A stretch of 64,000 nt of DNA from Phoronis australis. Taxonomy: Eukaryota; Animalia; Phoronida. Made by a program: the position numbers and the translations under genes. The stretch spans positions 1,360,735-1,424,734 of the forward strand of contig NMRA01000021.1 in the NCBI GenBank assembly GCA_002633005.1, in the 5' to 3' direction. The notes under the pieces were generated by a model that did no database searches, was not told where the DNA came from, and was given only the letters and a program-made list of their open reading frames with translations. This document shows positions 25,901 through 40,900 of this stretch, piece by piece. Numbering within the stretch: position 1 is the first letter of the stretch; each line of letters starts with the position of its first letter.

Positions 25901-28900
25901 CAAGGGACCACCGTTGACAGCCTAGAATGAAATGAATGAAATAAATGAAAATGGAATGAAACAATGGGCCGTCCTGAAACAGCACAGCATCACTCTCCTT
26001 CTAAGGTATTTACCCACAATGCAACAAATGTGTCAAGCTCTTGTTCCGCTTGTTTACATGCAAAACATACCAGTCACTATCTCATATCCCATTCATCATG
26101 CATGTAATGAGGGCAGTCTTGTATCATTTCAATTTGAGTTGCAATGACAATACGGGAAATTGGGAAAAGGCCAAACACCAATTGGTGCTGGATGTGCAGT
26201 GTATTGAAACAGTCAATCGAGGAATGCCTGACAATTTGAACAGTAGGCCAGTTGTGCAATCCATTTTTTCTATCACCAAAACAGAGTTCAAATTAGGAAG
26301 GGCCTTTTTGTGTACATAAATTGTATCTCCGCTAAAAATCCTAACAATATAATCCTAAGTTTCGCATCTCATGTTGTTTGTAATTTCTTTCCCGCTGAGG
26401 GTTTGTTTTGTAAGTTTTGCTTGTGAAAGATAACTGGTATAATGTTGATTTCACTGAAAATGAACTTCTGACGCTGCAAAACACATTAATTGTGAACCAA
26501 AAGCACACTTGACGACCATTAGACATGAAGATACACAGTACACAGGCATCAAAACTCGGATAAGTGCTGCTGTAGCTAGGTACAGGAAGACCTTCTGGAG
26601 TGAACCGCAAAACCACACCAGGTGGCAGCAAGGTAGAACTCCACACCATACACCAACAACACAACATACCTCCCCTACTGACGTTTGCAGTTTACTTTCA
26701 ACCAACTGTTCTGCGCATCTTGGCTCAAACGCTGTCTCTGGGTTGATGAAGCGGCTCCGTTCAAACTGAACCTGACCATCCGTGACCACGAAACCGTGGT
26801 GAACACAGAAGGCAGAAGCCTCATCACCATCTTCAAAGGCAAGCTGCCGGACGAGATCCTGCACGGGAACCTAAAACAAAACTGTGAAGTTATCATCTAG
26901 TACAAAAATACGTTTAACGAAACACGGATATTGGGGATTTTTTGTACTAGAATCAAAGATCACGATTTGTTTTCAGTCATACAACGAACACAAAAAACGG
27001 TTTAGTTTGAATTTCAACCAGGTCTTTTTTGCCAAACTCAGGTCTAGGAAGTCTTATTAAAAGACGCTCTATAACACTTACATTGACACACTGCTTCCCA
27101 ACCGTGAACGCCCGGAGCATGGTGCGGAGTGCGCGACTCCGCACCTGGTNTTCTGCGCGTCTTGGCTCAAACGCTGTCTCTGGGTTGATGAAGCGGCTCC
27201 GTTCAAACTGAACCTGACCATCCGTGACCACGAAACCGTGGTGAACACAGAAGGCAGAAGCCTCATCACCATCTTCAAAGGCAAGCTGCCGGACGAGATC
27301 CTGCACGGGAACCTAAAACAAAACTGTGAAGTTATCATCTAGTACAAAAATACGTTTAACGAAACACGGATATTGGGGATTTTTTGTACTAGAATCAAAG
27401 ATCACGATTTGTTTTCAGTCATACAACGAACACAAAAAACGGTTTAGTTTGAATTTCAACCAGGTCTTTTTTGCCAAACTCAGGTCTAGGAAGTCTTATT
27501 AAAAGACGCTCTATAACACTTACATTGACACACTGCTTCCCAACCGTGAACGCCCGGAGCATGGTGCGGAGTGCGCGACTCCGCACCTGGTTGAAATAGC
27601 GGTGCATGATACACGCCATCATGAAAGATGCCTTCTTGGTCAACTTGAAAAACTTGACGTAGTTGTTACTGTTAAGAGCCGAATATACCTGGACAACAAA
27701 GCGGATGAAGGGAGTGTCGCGCACCTCTTGCCGAAGATTTTGGACTTCCCTGTGGGGGGCAAGACATGCAATTAGTCATCACTAGATTACATGATAAAAC
27801 TTCAACCTCATTTTGCTTTTTTGCGAAATTGTCATGAAGGAGTCGACAGTTTCGTGATCATTTTCAAAAGGGTTTGTGATAATTCTTCACTTATTTGGCA
27901 ATATGCCAGGCTTGGAATGACCTATGACAAAAAAGAGGAAATTTTCTAGGTGATGTATCGTTCCACAAATAAATGGGCTTGTGAAATATTTTTTGTGTGG
28001 TAAAATTTAACTGAAACGATTGCATGAAAGAAGTGAAAAAAATATGATAAAAAAGAGACAAGAAAGAGGAAACTGGAAATCAAGTAAGAGGTAATCGAAA
28101 CCAAAAAAGAACAAATCGAAACCAAAAAAGGGAAATCCTCCTAGAAGAGGAACATTCCAAGCCCTGAATATGGACGTCAAAGTGAAATTCTTCGCCACAA
28201 ATATTAAGAACATTTCAAGCATGATCTGATGTGTGTGGACGTCATAGAACATTTTGTTAATGTCCCTATTATTTGCAGAAAAGTAATCAGCCACTAAAAA
28301 CGAAAAAACTTTACCATTTTGACTTTTATTTTTGTGAAAAATAAGTTGAAAATTTGATCGTAAGCTGCCACTTCAGTATTTGTCCAGTTTATCAAACTTG
28401 TTCACGTCAGATTTGCAGTCCACAGCACAGCAGTAATACTTCATTGGCATTGGAAGAACGAATTGAGTAATACAACCGAGAAAAACTTGTTAAGAATCAG
28501 ACAGCAACAAATAACATGAGAAATTACAGTCGCATGAAAACGAGGCAACAAAATTGTGCTTGACGGATGTTTGCAGCATTGAGGGTAATAGGCGTACAGT
28601 GAAACTTGAGTGTCACAGTGTAATCCGGGCCGGCACTATAATTTAAAAGAAAACATTTGAAAATTGTTTTTGATTTCAAATAACAGGTTAGACGTACTTA
28701 ATTCGAAAATTTATGACGTTAAGATTTTGTAACCACTGCACTGAAAAAAGCACTTGGCAAGAAATTTCACAATTTGCAATTTATGGTTCAATTCAATTAG
28801 AAAAGCTACATTTCCACACACCTTAAGATGTCCCCCTCATTTAAGTTCATCAACACCATGTAGGCCCTGAACTCCGCCTCATTAGGGCACGTGACACCCT

Positions 28901-31900
28901 CTCCGTTCCTGTACAAGTCAGAATATAACTCCTTCAACGTCTGTAGGCACTTGGTGAGGTTCTCGTTGTTTATTTTCACGTCGAACGTGTGCGCGTCTTC
29001 TTCACACAGACGCTCTGCTGCGAAGATATGAAATCGGGCACATTTCTCTACAAGACCCGCTGATGTGATGTCACACAAGTTCTGCTGTGTGATGTCCTGG
29101 AATGTTGAACGGAATCGACAGGTGAAACATAAAAGTTAGTCTTAAGACTAACTAGTAATTGAGCCAATATCAAAAATTTTGTGCATGAAAAACACACAGA
29201 AAACAAAGTACAAATTTTGTGTCTATTCAATAATCAAATAATTTACAGAAAATTACCTACACGAATAAAATCACATCCCACTTCTAAAATTATGAAAAAT
29301 AAACTTTGCACTTTTCACGTAACTTACAAATAATGTTTACATTCTTATTTTAATGGAGTATGTCCACCAAACACTACTTGCGACTCCACTCAGAAATTGA
29401 CCAACAATAGCGTGTGAAATTAGAAAGCGTATATGAAGCATTGAATAGGATTTGTCAATTTCGGAGTTCAGTAAATTTCATTGATAATTGGCTGCGATAC
29501 TGTATGACCGAATGTCAAGATAATTGCTTTTGGTTTTAAAGTCACTATTTGCCCAAACACAGCTTTCTAGATCATGTCTTTACCTCGGCTCATTTTGAGA
29601 CCATCGATCACGGACCAGCATAAAAACTCACCTGCACAAAGACACGTAAGCAAGGGTAAGCAAGTGTCGCATGCGAAACACGCAGGAGACACTTGCGGTA
29701 AGACATCTTTGTTTATCAAACAGAAACTAATGAATTTTATGACCTATAATTCATCATTCTAGTCTCACTTCCATGGCAGCCATTTTTAATTAATACTACA
29801 TGCTACAGACACCACGAGTAAATAGTCGTCTTTCACATGATTTTGGATGATTTTGCATAATTTTACATTTATCACAAGAAACTTGCTCTATTTAAAGCAT
29901 CCTTGTTACTGGCCGTACATACGGACAACGCCACCTACCTTCCGAATTCCCCTAGTGCGGTCCCACAGAAACTCATACCAATCTCTCCACTTCCCTTCTC
30001 CACCTTCATCCATGATGTTATTGAGTAAGTAGGTCATGGACATGTCCAAAATTGGGACAGGTCGAAGTTCATGGGGTAAGGGCTCATCCTGTAGGTCAGA
30101 ATAAAACATTCATTGATGACAAATAGAAAATTAACTTGAAATGGTAAAAACAATTAAATTGAATATTCACATTTTGTGGTAAGTTGTAATTGACAAGTAT
30201 GTGGTGTTTTTGCATGAGATAAGATTCATGACTTATGCTAGATATATGTGCAAAAAATTCATTGAAAAGGAAGGTAGATTTGTAGTTCAAATTTTATCTG
30301 CCATTTTTACAATATCAAGCTCTTAAGATCACAAAATGATGGAAACAGCGAACGAACTAAAGATTCAGTAACATGGAGCCGAAGAATACCAAGTCAGGGA
30401 ACACAAAGTTTTCATAAAAACACCCTCTCTTTCATCCCGCCAATGAACTCACTTTTTATTTTAGACATGACGGGTTTTGTAAACAATAAAATAAACTTAA
30501 TTCATAAAAGTTTGACAGAAACTTTTCCAGGCTTGTTTGTCTACGACTTTGCGAAATATTGTGAAGACAAACACAAAAAATAACCATTTAAAGAACAAAT
30601 TGTAACTGAAATAGCTAGAAAGTTTACTCAAAATTTGCATAAAATTTCAAAATTATTTTTAAAAACAAACTGTACTAGATACTTGCTAATTAAATGGCAT
30701 GATCCTAAACATATTAACTTCTCAATCATAATTCAACACAAAAATATTGCTAGAAAGAAATTTTATACTTGACCTGGTCAGCTGAAGCCCGACTGTATTC
30801 CTTCACAGCTCTTGAGTGATCAATAAGTGGATTTTGACCCCTCTGAAAAGGTGAATACAGATGACAGGACTATATCAATCATATTTCAAATGTTAGTTAA
30901 TGTTCACGTGACTCTATTGAAAATATAATTATGCAACATTTAGAACAGTGACATAATCGCCGTTACAGTTGTCTTACAGTTCACGTTACTGAGTGTATTA
31001 TGGCCATTTTGAGAATGAGCATAGACTGCATACAGATGTCCTTGTGTTTGAAACAATGCTAAAAACTTGACAGTTATGTCAAAGAAAATAAGCATAATTA
31101 GGTCTAGTCTAACTTCTTCAAAATGAGTTGGCTGCAGACCAGAACTACTGTCATTATTTTTTAGCCTTGTGCCAACAACATTTTTTTCACTAACTTTGCG
31201 TGTGGACTGAAATGAGCCATGTGGGTAAAATTCAACATCTAAAATACAATTGAGATGACAAAAACTTATAACTGTAAATTTTTGTTGGCAAAAGCAATGT
31301 CAGAACATAAACCTCCTGCATAGCAAACTGGGACAAAAAATTGTTTCAAAATGATTTTTACAACCAGCACCCTATACTTTTGGGTGGGTCTTCTTATATT
31401 AAGAGGACCCCGCTCTTAGTTAAGAATTGGTCGAGGGCCCCCAAATATTAATATAGTGGTCCTCATCCCATGGTAACCAAGAGCGGAGCCAACTGTATTA
31501 ATGTAGACTTTCCCGACCTAAATTGACCAAAGAGCAGGGCAGCCTATATTAATATAGGAAATTACCACTTCTGAGGCTTGAAAATGAATTTTTGTTTATG
31601 TCACTTTAATAAAATAAGTCATTTAGCTATTTACTACATCCCTTACCACGTTCTCTGCGGTGGGCATCGTCTCATAATGGTGCACACGTCGTCTGTCCTC
31701 CCTGAGGTATCGTTCCTTCTCGGGACACATGTCTTGGCACGTGCCCACCACTACTTTGGCTTTCTGAAGGTTCGTCTGCCGATTGATACCTGTCAATCAC
31801 GAAACACGGATCTTTGACTGTCACAATTCTGATGCAATGGCACATTCAAACAAACAATAGGGCAGTCCCAGATTAGACAGCGACAAAACTCTCCTTTGTC

Positions 31901-34900
31901 ACAGAGATAAGAAAGCGCATTGTATTCATTGGTCTCATTTTGGAATGTCAGGCAGATTTTCAAAGGTCATTTGCGAAATCACTGAGGAAAATGTGAACAT
32001 TCCCACTTTGAGTCATTTAAAAATATCAGAATTGAAAAGTTACCTTCAAAAAGGAGATTTTGTTCAGTTTTAAATTGACTCAATGAAAATTGCTTTGTCC
32101 ACTGGCTCCACATTTCCTTATCTTTAATTGATTGCGGGAACATGAAGAAATAAACGTCATGCACCAACAGATTTGTCAACTTTATCCAACTTTCTCTTGT
32201 TAGAGTTTGCGCCCACAGCACAGCAGTAATACTTCATTGGCATTGGAAGGATGAATGGAGAAATGCAGCCGAGAAATCTTTGTAAAGAACAAGGCTCGAC
32301 AGACATTAAGGCCTTGTAGGTAGATACATCAAGATTCAAGTTACGCCGTGTAATTCAGGATGGCCATATTGCCGTCATATCTTTGTGGGGTTCTAAAAAG
32401 GGGGACTATGGCAGTTATTTCTGCATTCCAATTGCCCCAACACTACGGAAATTCTACTAAATGCTGCACCCACAATAAGGCTTCTGCAGACAAGAACTAA
32501 CACAAGGTAACATTAAAAAAAAGAATCGACAAGCTTTGTCGATTTTGCATGGCTTCAGCTGAATTATATTGAAAAGGAAATCCAAAGAAAATTAACTAGC
32601 ATACAATAAAGTACAAGTCAGAGAAGTAACTGAAAACTTTTGCTTCGCAATTTTGTCAACTTTTCAACAAGAACATCATCTTATAACCTCTGGACAGGCA
32701 CTAAGGGCAACAGATCACATTAAGATACAATCCAGATGTTTGCTAAATCTATCTCCCTCAAATGACTTCTGTGTCTTCAAACAGAGTAACTTTCCATCGT
32801 GTTTGAAGTCGACAAAAACTACTTTCATCGTATTCAAAGTCACTATTCTAAACATGAGCTATGTGCACCAACTACCTACCTTGTCTAACCAACTTGTCAT
32901 ACTGGATGAGTAGCTCCAATCTTTCTGAAGTTGTCTTGGCAACAGCGGACTTTAGGAAACTAAGTCCGACAGCTAGAGAAAAAAGAAATCCACAATACGA
33001 GTAACACAAAAGTGATAACAATGGCTAATGTATACTGCCTTCTACAGTCACCAAAATCTTGATATGTGTTGCCATGCCAAAAAATATACCATTTATATAT
33101 TATTTACATCACCTGTTTTCAAGCACCTCTGAGGCTTGGAGATGATGACAAAATTTCAAAGCAATTTCAAAGGAATTTATAGTATCTTTGAGTTAGAATG
33201 TCAAAATAGTATGTGCCAAAAGTATTGGGACGAAATTCAGTTTCCATGACATGGCGGGATACGAATACATCATATTTCGTCATAACAGATCATCCTGAGT
33301 GGTCATATTGTGAATTTCACTCCACTTAGATGTCGTGATGAGGAGGCCCAACTGCACTCAGTTGTCACGGCAACGAATTTCAAATAGTTTTGTTAAGATT
33401 GTAGAACAAAATAAGCCCGTGAATGTAACTGGACGCAAAAAATAGAAATCACAGCTTCTGGCACATTATGTGCGTTTCAGCATCGCAGGGCAAATGGCAG
33501 GTGAAGGTACTGGAGAGAGAAAGTTCTCGGTTTGAGCGAGGTATCAGAGAGGCTGTCTGGGTTAAAGCTATCAACACCTCTTTGAATCAACACCGATGTG
33601 TCAGATGACCGATAGTCCAGAGCTTTGGAGTTGTTGCCTAGGAACACTGACTGACAGTGAAGTAATTTTTGCAGGAACCAAATAGTCAACAGTCCCCAGT
33701 AGAAAGAGCCAGGCAGTTTTGTAACATCCGGAAATGAACTTTATAGTAAGCTTCAGAGGTAGTGATTTATATGTTTTCCATCTAATTATCCAACTGGACG
33801 AATAATAATGATCAGGTACTAAATATGAATGCAACCTTACTTTGCCTGACAGGCCTCTGTGGACTGGCAGGTGCTGGAGAGGAAGACTTTTTAACAGGAA
33901 ACTGCGGCGCGGATGGTTCTGACATGGTGGCACGCTTGAAGTCACGACCTCCACTTAACCTCTTAACCTGTTCGGGCCGGGTCAGTGACCTTACCCGTTC
34001 CTCAGTGATGTCATCCGTCCCTGACATGCTGGAGAGCTCATCATCCAATTCACTCAATGCTGGCTTTTCTTTGGACAATCCTGAAAACAAATCGTCGCTT
34101 TGGCTTACAAATCTTTCTTTAGAGTGAGTGTCAAATAAGACACAAATCAATAAATAGGAAGTGCACAGATCAAATACTGACATTTTCAGATTTCACGCAC
34201 ATTACAGTTGGGCTAGAAATAACATAGGGTTGCCCTATTCATGACTACTTAGACAAATCAGCTGTTACAATAGATACAGGTGAACATCCTGCTTTAAATC
34301 ATGACAAGAGCGGCCAGCAGCTGACTACTGGAGTTGTACAGTACGACCCAGGTATCTACAAGCCCAGTCACTTAATTGCTTTTCCAAGCAGTATTACGCA
34401 ACTTACAATGCCTTTCATTTTAAAAATATGTCGTGTTCATTTTAAGGCAAAAAATTTAAGTTTTGTTTCAAAATGCAAAACATTTTAACATCAATGAAAA
34501 ATACGGTAACACAGCAAACAGATGTAGAATGTTTGTAACGTAGGCGAATATAACTAAAAAGTAAAACATAACACTTATCCATAACATTGGATGTAAATTT
34601 GTTAAGCAAAATGTACATGCTATACTGGCAATATTCTTGATGAAAGAAATGACAATAGCCACTGACAAGTGTCCCGGATTTTGAGATCTAGTTTTAATTA
34701 ATGCCTGGAAATGGGTTCTGAGAATTTGGGTCCCCTCTAAGGGACTTGTCAATACGGACAAAAGTGCGCAGATAAAAAAATAATTAACAGTCACAAGTAG
34801 ATCTCACTAAATAGATTATAAAATAGGAATGTTCGGGTTAAATGTGCGATCAACGCAAATCATAAAACCACAAAATCAATGTTCGTTGTAACTTTTTACA

Positions 34901-37900
34901 TAAACGGCTTCTACTTGCACTGATTCATAAAATGTGTTACAGACCAAAGACATTGCTACTCACTCCTCGCAGTCTCTTTTCCTGCTGGTGAATAATTACT
35001 CCAGAATATGTGTAGAGGGGGTTTCTTAACTCCGACAATTCGACCCTTTGTCTTGGCTGCGGCAGCCTCATCCTGGCAAAGCGAATGAAAAACAAACATT
35101 AAATATCAGTGACAAGAGGATTGAACAATGCGCCATTGAGTTCCCACATGAAATTCTGCACATTCAGAGGCACTGGTGGCGACCTCTTGTGAAAGCAAAA
35201 GGGAACCACTGACTAGAGAATAGGTTCAATAAACAGGGCAACACAAAGTGGGCCATATACAATAAATGGGCACGCTCACCATTCAGAAAAGTAATGTACC
35301 GGTGAGAACAGATTTATTAGGAGAGAAAACTAAAGATTATAACAGTCTTCATAATGAGTACATGGGCAAAACAAAACAAATTATTCAGGATGCATTCATA
35401 TACAATAGTCTTCAAAAAGCTAATTCTCATCAGGCTGTGTTGGAGTAAAACGGCAAAAGAAACCAGAGAAAATACGGCAAGTAACTACATCCTATGAGAG
35501 TCGGTCAGTTTTTGTTTCAAAATTTCGCCTACTTGCAGCCATAAGAAGTCTTGTCAACTTGTTAAAGATACTGTGCACCAGTACCTAAAAAACAATGCAC
35601 TAAGACATCAGCAAAATTTATTACATGCTATGTTTCGTTTGTGGATTTTTGTGACAAGGAAGAAAAAAAGACAACGATGAGAGACTCCCAAGTCCATTTT
35701 ACAAAATTAACAACTAACACCTAGGAACTATAGCTCATCATTGAACTGTAACTTAAGTTCAACACAAATGCAATGTTATTGAGACAAATGTTTGACTAAA
35801 ACACCAAAAAAGTCAGTGGAGAAAGAGTACAGAAGGGTCCATCCCCAGATCCCTGCAGAAGGGTCAACACATGGGGAAGGGTAAATATGGCATATGGTAA
35901 AACATCAAATGGGGTAAAACATGGCATGTGTCGGTGAAAACATAGTAAATATAAAAACATGGTGAACATAGTATATGGTAAAAACATGGTGAAACATGGT
36001 ATATAATAAAAAGATGGTAAAACATGGTATACGGTAAAAACATGGTAAAACATGGTTTTTGGTAGACATGGCATATAGAAAAAATATGGCATATGGTAAA
36101 AATATAGTATATGCTAAAACATGGTATATGCTAAAAAGTCAGTAGTTTTGAACAGTGTTGTTTTATTATCAGAGCTTGTACCAAATTTAAGAAATATTAA
36201 GTAAATACGAGTCATCCCAAATTGAGAAATTATAATCAACAACAAACAATCATTGATCTCAATGGTACACACTATGGTGACGGATGAAAACGTCGAGTTG
36301 GTGGCTATTTACGATGACCTATGAGCTGCCACGTCTATTTCCTAACTCTGTTAATACAAATGAAAATGTCGATATTTGAGAAATATGATGAAACATAAAA
36401 TAGCCCATGGCCAATGTCCAGAATCAAGAAATTCAATTTTGTCCAGAATTTCAATGTAAGAAGTTTCAGAGGCTGTCCCAAACTGTAAAACTTTTACAGC
36501 AACTTAACTCACGTGAGTGGCAAAGTGCACAGTGGCTTGTCTTTTTTCAGGGTTGGTGTACACTCTCTTGACGTGGCCAAACTTTTCAAAGTGTTTCCTC
36601 AAGTAACTAGTGTTGCACTGCTGTGGGTGGATGTTCTTGACAATCAACCCAGTCTTAGTACTGAGTTCCTCCACTGAGAGGCGCCGGCTGACACGTTGTG
36701 CAATGCTCCGTGGTACGGCTTGACATAAATCAAAAAACAAATTTTAAAGCAAAATGTGTGACTGCCCATACCATGAAAACAAAATTTCTTCGAGTAGCTG
36801 AAATGTTGGTAAATCATTTCTAGCACTTCTTGAAAGAACACAAAAGAACAGAACTGTGAAATGACAATAAGGTGAAATCTCATTAATTTTGGACACAAAA
36901 CAATTGCCAGAATTACATTTTTTAATTTTTCAAGGACCCTTAACATCGCTGTGAAAGGACACCACGATTCAAAATATTGTCATAATATGTTTAAAAAACG
37001 TTGAAATGCAAACGTTAACAAATTTGCTTGTTAACTCCTTGCTATAAATTAATGATAAGAAATCTTGTCAAAATTGATCGACAGATACTTGTGACAGCTA
37101 CCTTGTGACTCTCCGTCAGTATTGCCCAAGGCCTTTGCAGTAGTTACAACAGTTCTTCTATCTGATTGGCCTGAACCCACAGCAGAGATCGCCTTGCCAA
37201 AGAGACCCCTGGTCACTGCACCACTAGAGGGAGCTGGAGCATAATTAATGCAGATAACACTTTCCTGTGATTAACTAATAATTCTTTCACATCCATGTAT
37301 GTTTCGTGTGCTTTCACTTTTATCATAAATTTATTATTTTTTGGTATCGGTTTGGAAAACGTTCTCAAAGCTTGGCCAAAAGATATAGGCAATCACTATG
37401 GGGTGAGAATGAAGAGGAAAGAATACACCTTCACTAGCAGGTGTTAATTAAGAAAAGGGCATTCATTACTACAAAAATTCAACAATCTGACAACAGATGG
37501 AGCTCTCGTCTGCATGGGGATGTTCTTGGAATAACAGCTCCAATGTGACTCTAAATGAAACATTTGAAGATTTTAATTGCAAAATGTGATGTCCGCCAAA
37601 TTTGAAATCATAGACTGAATCACTTACAATAACATCCTTGATCAGCAGGGCTACTCAGTACTTCAATCACTTTTCATCAAAACACCATATATCCCACAGT
37701 TCGGCATGCTTGAAACACAGATGTTTCTTTTCCTATAAGTGCTCATAATAACTAAATTTCAAATATTGGCAGATACCTCATTTTGCGACGAAACTCTTAC
37801 ATTGGTAGGACCATCATTCTCAATGCCAATACATGACCTATAATCGCTTTTCACTTTTCTTATTAAACAGTAACACCTGTAAATTTGGTTCCTGCAGCAT

Positions 37901-40900
37901 CGCTCTGAGTCCACTAGCGCCATAAATTGCCGTATGTAACGAAGAGATAGAGGTATTGGCTTGCTTTTTTCTACGTCACTGCGAGAATCACCTTTTAATT
38001 CAAACAGCTGCGAATAACACCCGGATGCAATGGCGTACTATTCAGACCCCTGTTCAATACAACTGCTATCAGCCTTTTGTTGTTTGTGCCTCGCGATGAC
38101 GCAACATGGCACGAAAAGGCAGCCTCACTTATCATTTGATGGTCTTACATTTGCGCGATTGAACTCGCGTTTTCTTATTTTGCTAAGGCTTTGCTAGGAC
38201 TATCAGGTTAGCCCAATACATCTAAAATGACAAAATTCTGTTCAAGTTAGGCTTTAAAATGCATGTTTAGTTCTTCCAGATCTCACAGTACCCCTTTTAC
38301 TGAACACTGACCAAGTTGTAGGATGCAGACACAGCAGAAACTGCGACTCTCGACATCCTCACCAATACCAAACATTCGTTACATCAGTGAGAGCACAAAC
38401 TTAAAGTCTTTTACCTAGATCCAATTTTTTACTCTCGTGTGCAAGACGGGATGAGTTGAAAGGGACAAAACCCTATTTTTTCATGAGTGCACATGTATAA
38501 GTCAACACGACAATTTAAAATGTTACTTTTCTAAGTAATCGAGTCATCCAATCAGATTAAACAGGTCGAAGATCATTAGGTGAAAACTAAGATTTTGAGC
38601 TAGATACTTCAAATTTACACATCTGATTGGTACCTGTAACTCAGATCGAAATCCAAAGTTTCAGGTCATTTGGTGCAACCGTGTGGTCATCAGGTGCATT
38701 TTTCTTCTGAAAATTTGACTTATTCACAAAGTATTCTGATGTACCAACTGTTAGACAACTGTGATTCTCAGCATTAAACAAAATTTTCACGGATTTTGCA
38801 ATTCTCCTAAAGAGGTGTATAATGCACCAGATAGGGTCAGTCAGTGCAAAGGTCAACTAATGTTCAAAATGTTATTTCTCCTACATTTTTCAAGGAATTC
38901 TCTTCAATTTCAGCACACTGGTGTAAACCTACATGCCAATCAAATACCATTACTTTACTAAGAAAAAGGGTCATCTAAAATCAGAAACCATAGGTCAAAG
39001 GTCATTGAGTGCAAATTAAGATATTCAGCTAGACACTTCAAATTTACATACCTGTTTAGCAAATGCGACTGAGTTTGAATATTAAAGTTTCAGGACATTT
39101 GGTGCCATAATGGGGTCATTAGGCGCACTTTTCTACTGAAATTTTGACTAATTCATTCATCTTGCATTCTAATAAAGTAAGACATCTGTGATTCTTGGAA
39201 TTAACCACACTTCATTGAGTTTACACTGGAAAGGGTCAGTTGATACAAAGGTCATCAAATTATCAACATGTAATTTCTCATTCAGTCTTAATAACCTCCC
39301 ATAACAATTCCACTAAAACGCACACGCACAATCCATTATCCATTGTCATGGTGTGACAATAATCTTTCTAGTTGCATCCTATTATTCATTAAATATGATG
39401 CCAAAATTCATTAAGCAACACTTAGCTAGAGGAAGAGAGGAAAATGTGATGCTAAATTTATAGTTAGGTAAATATATACTTTAAATACTAGGATTCCTAG
39501 AAAGTGAAATCACATATATATTGCCAAGTATCAAAACTGAGTAGTGGAATTGGAACAGCTTCATTCATTGATAATTTAAGCTTTCCATCTTGAAGTGCCC
39601 AATCTACACATGCCTTACTGAATCGCTTCATGAAAGAAATATCAACTTTCGCTCCTTTTCACTTCAGTTTATGCACCCATTTTTATCAAAATTTTTATAT
39701 AGACTTCTCAACAATCTAAAACTGCGATCTCAACAGGTATTTTGAGACAGCTCATGTCTCATCTTCAGGCAAAAGTAACGAGATGAGACTAGTTCACGAT
39801 GAAAGTGATCTCAATCTATATTTTTAAAAAGGGAATTGATTTCATAAAAGCATCTACGACATGAAAGTCGAGGTTGGTGTATTTGCTTACCTATTATAAA
39901 CAATGCACATTGCCCGAAATTAGAGTAATTGTCCAAAACAGAAATTCAAGCTTGTTCCATTTGTGAACGTCAAAAAATAATTGTGCACACAACTTTTTGT
40001 GTTCAAAATCAAAGAGAAGAGTAGAGTGTCCAGAAATTTTAAACTAGGTTAAGCATAGCGTTTATGTGGAACACCGCCTCCTATTTACCTGGTGCCTTTC
40101 TTGTTACAGTCAGTTTTTGTGGACTTGACCTGAGCTGTGTATTGGTCTCGACCTGGTCACCTGAAAACAAGTGATTTGCATATAGCAAAGATGGCTGCCT
40201 AGTCTACAGGTAATGCTCAATGTAAAAAGAATCCAATTTAAAACCCAGCCATCCTCAGTACTATTCTACATTCCACAGTCGACATTTTCAGTTCGTGTCT
40301 ATTAGTAGTTTAAGTTCCTGCAACTTAAAGAATGAATTCAAACCGTCATTGCTATCAGTTTGAAAGAAATGGTGAAAATATAATCAAAAAAACAAAAAAA
40401 AACAACTTACACACAAATTCCTCAATGATTTATCTTCCGAACACTTCCAAAAATTTTAGTAAGACAATTTTTTTTGTTTTTGAAAACTACTTACTGGGTT
40501 TAGTGATGGGTACCGGTTTCCCAAACAAGACCACGTCTTTTCTTCCACTCATCCCTGACACTGGTTTAGCTACTTTATCCATGGGCTTGCCAAGAACACT
40601 TGATCCAGAATGCAAATCATTGTCACGTGTCTTATCAGAAGGGTGAGTGCTGACACTAGATTGCAACGAATCTTTTTTGCTCTCACTTGCACTAAACACT
40701 GATTTGAAGACGGGTGCTGCTCCGCTCGATGCTGTGGCGGTTTTCCCAATCAAATTCTGTGGCGACGAGTCTTTTGACCCACTGAAGGAACTTGAACTCA
40801 CGCTGGTGTTCACCATTTCACCAAAAGAACCAAACTGAGACGCATTTTGTTCCACATCATTAAAAGCTCTAGCATTACCACTTCCCGAAATGTAAGAACC

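Noticed and set aside
26977-27306. 109-aa ORF as a GANP paralogue or shuffled exon
   Set aside because: It is a chimera read across the N of the duplicated segment.
33578-33637. Extra in-frame cassette exon in GANP intron 6 ([19 protein letters not shown])
   Set aside because: The acceptor phase fits, but the donor (gtgttg) is weak, there is no homology, and the gene model is complete without it.
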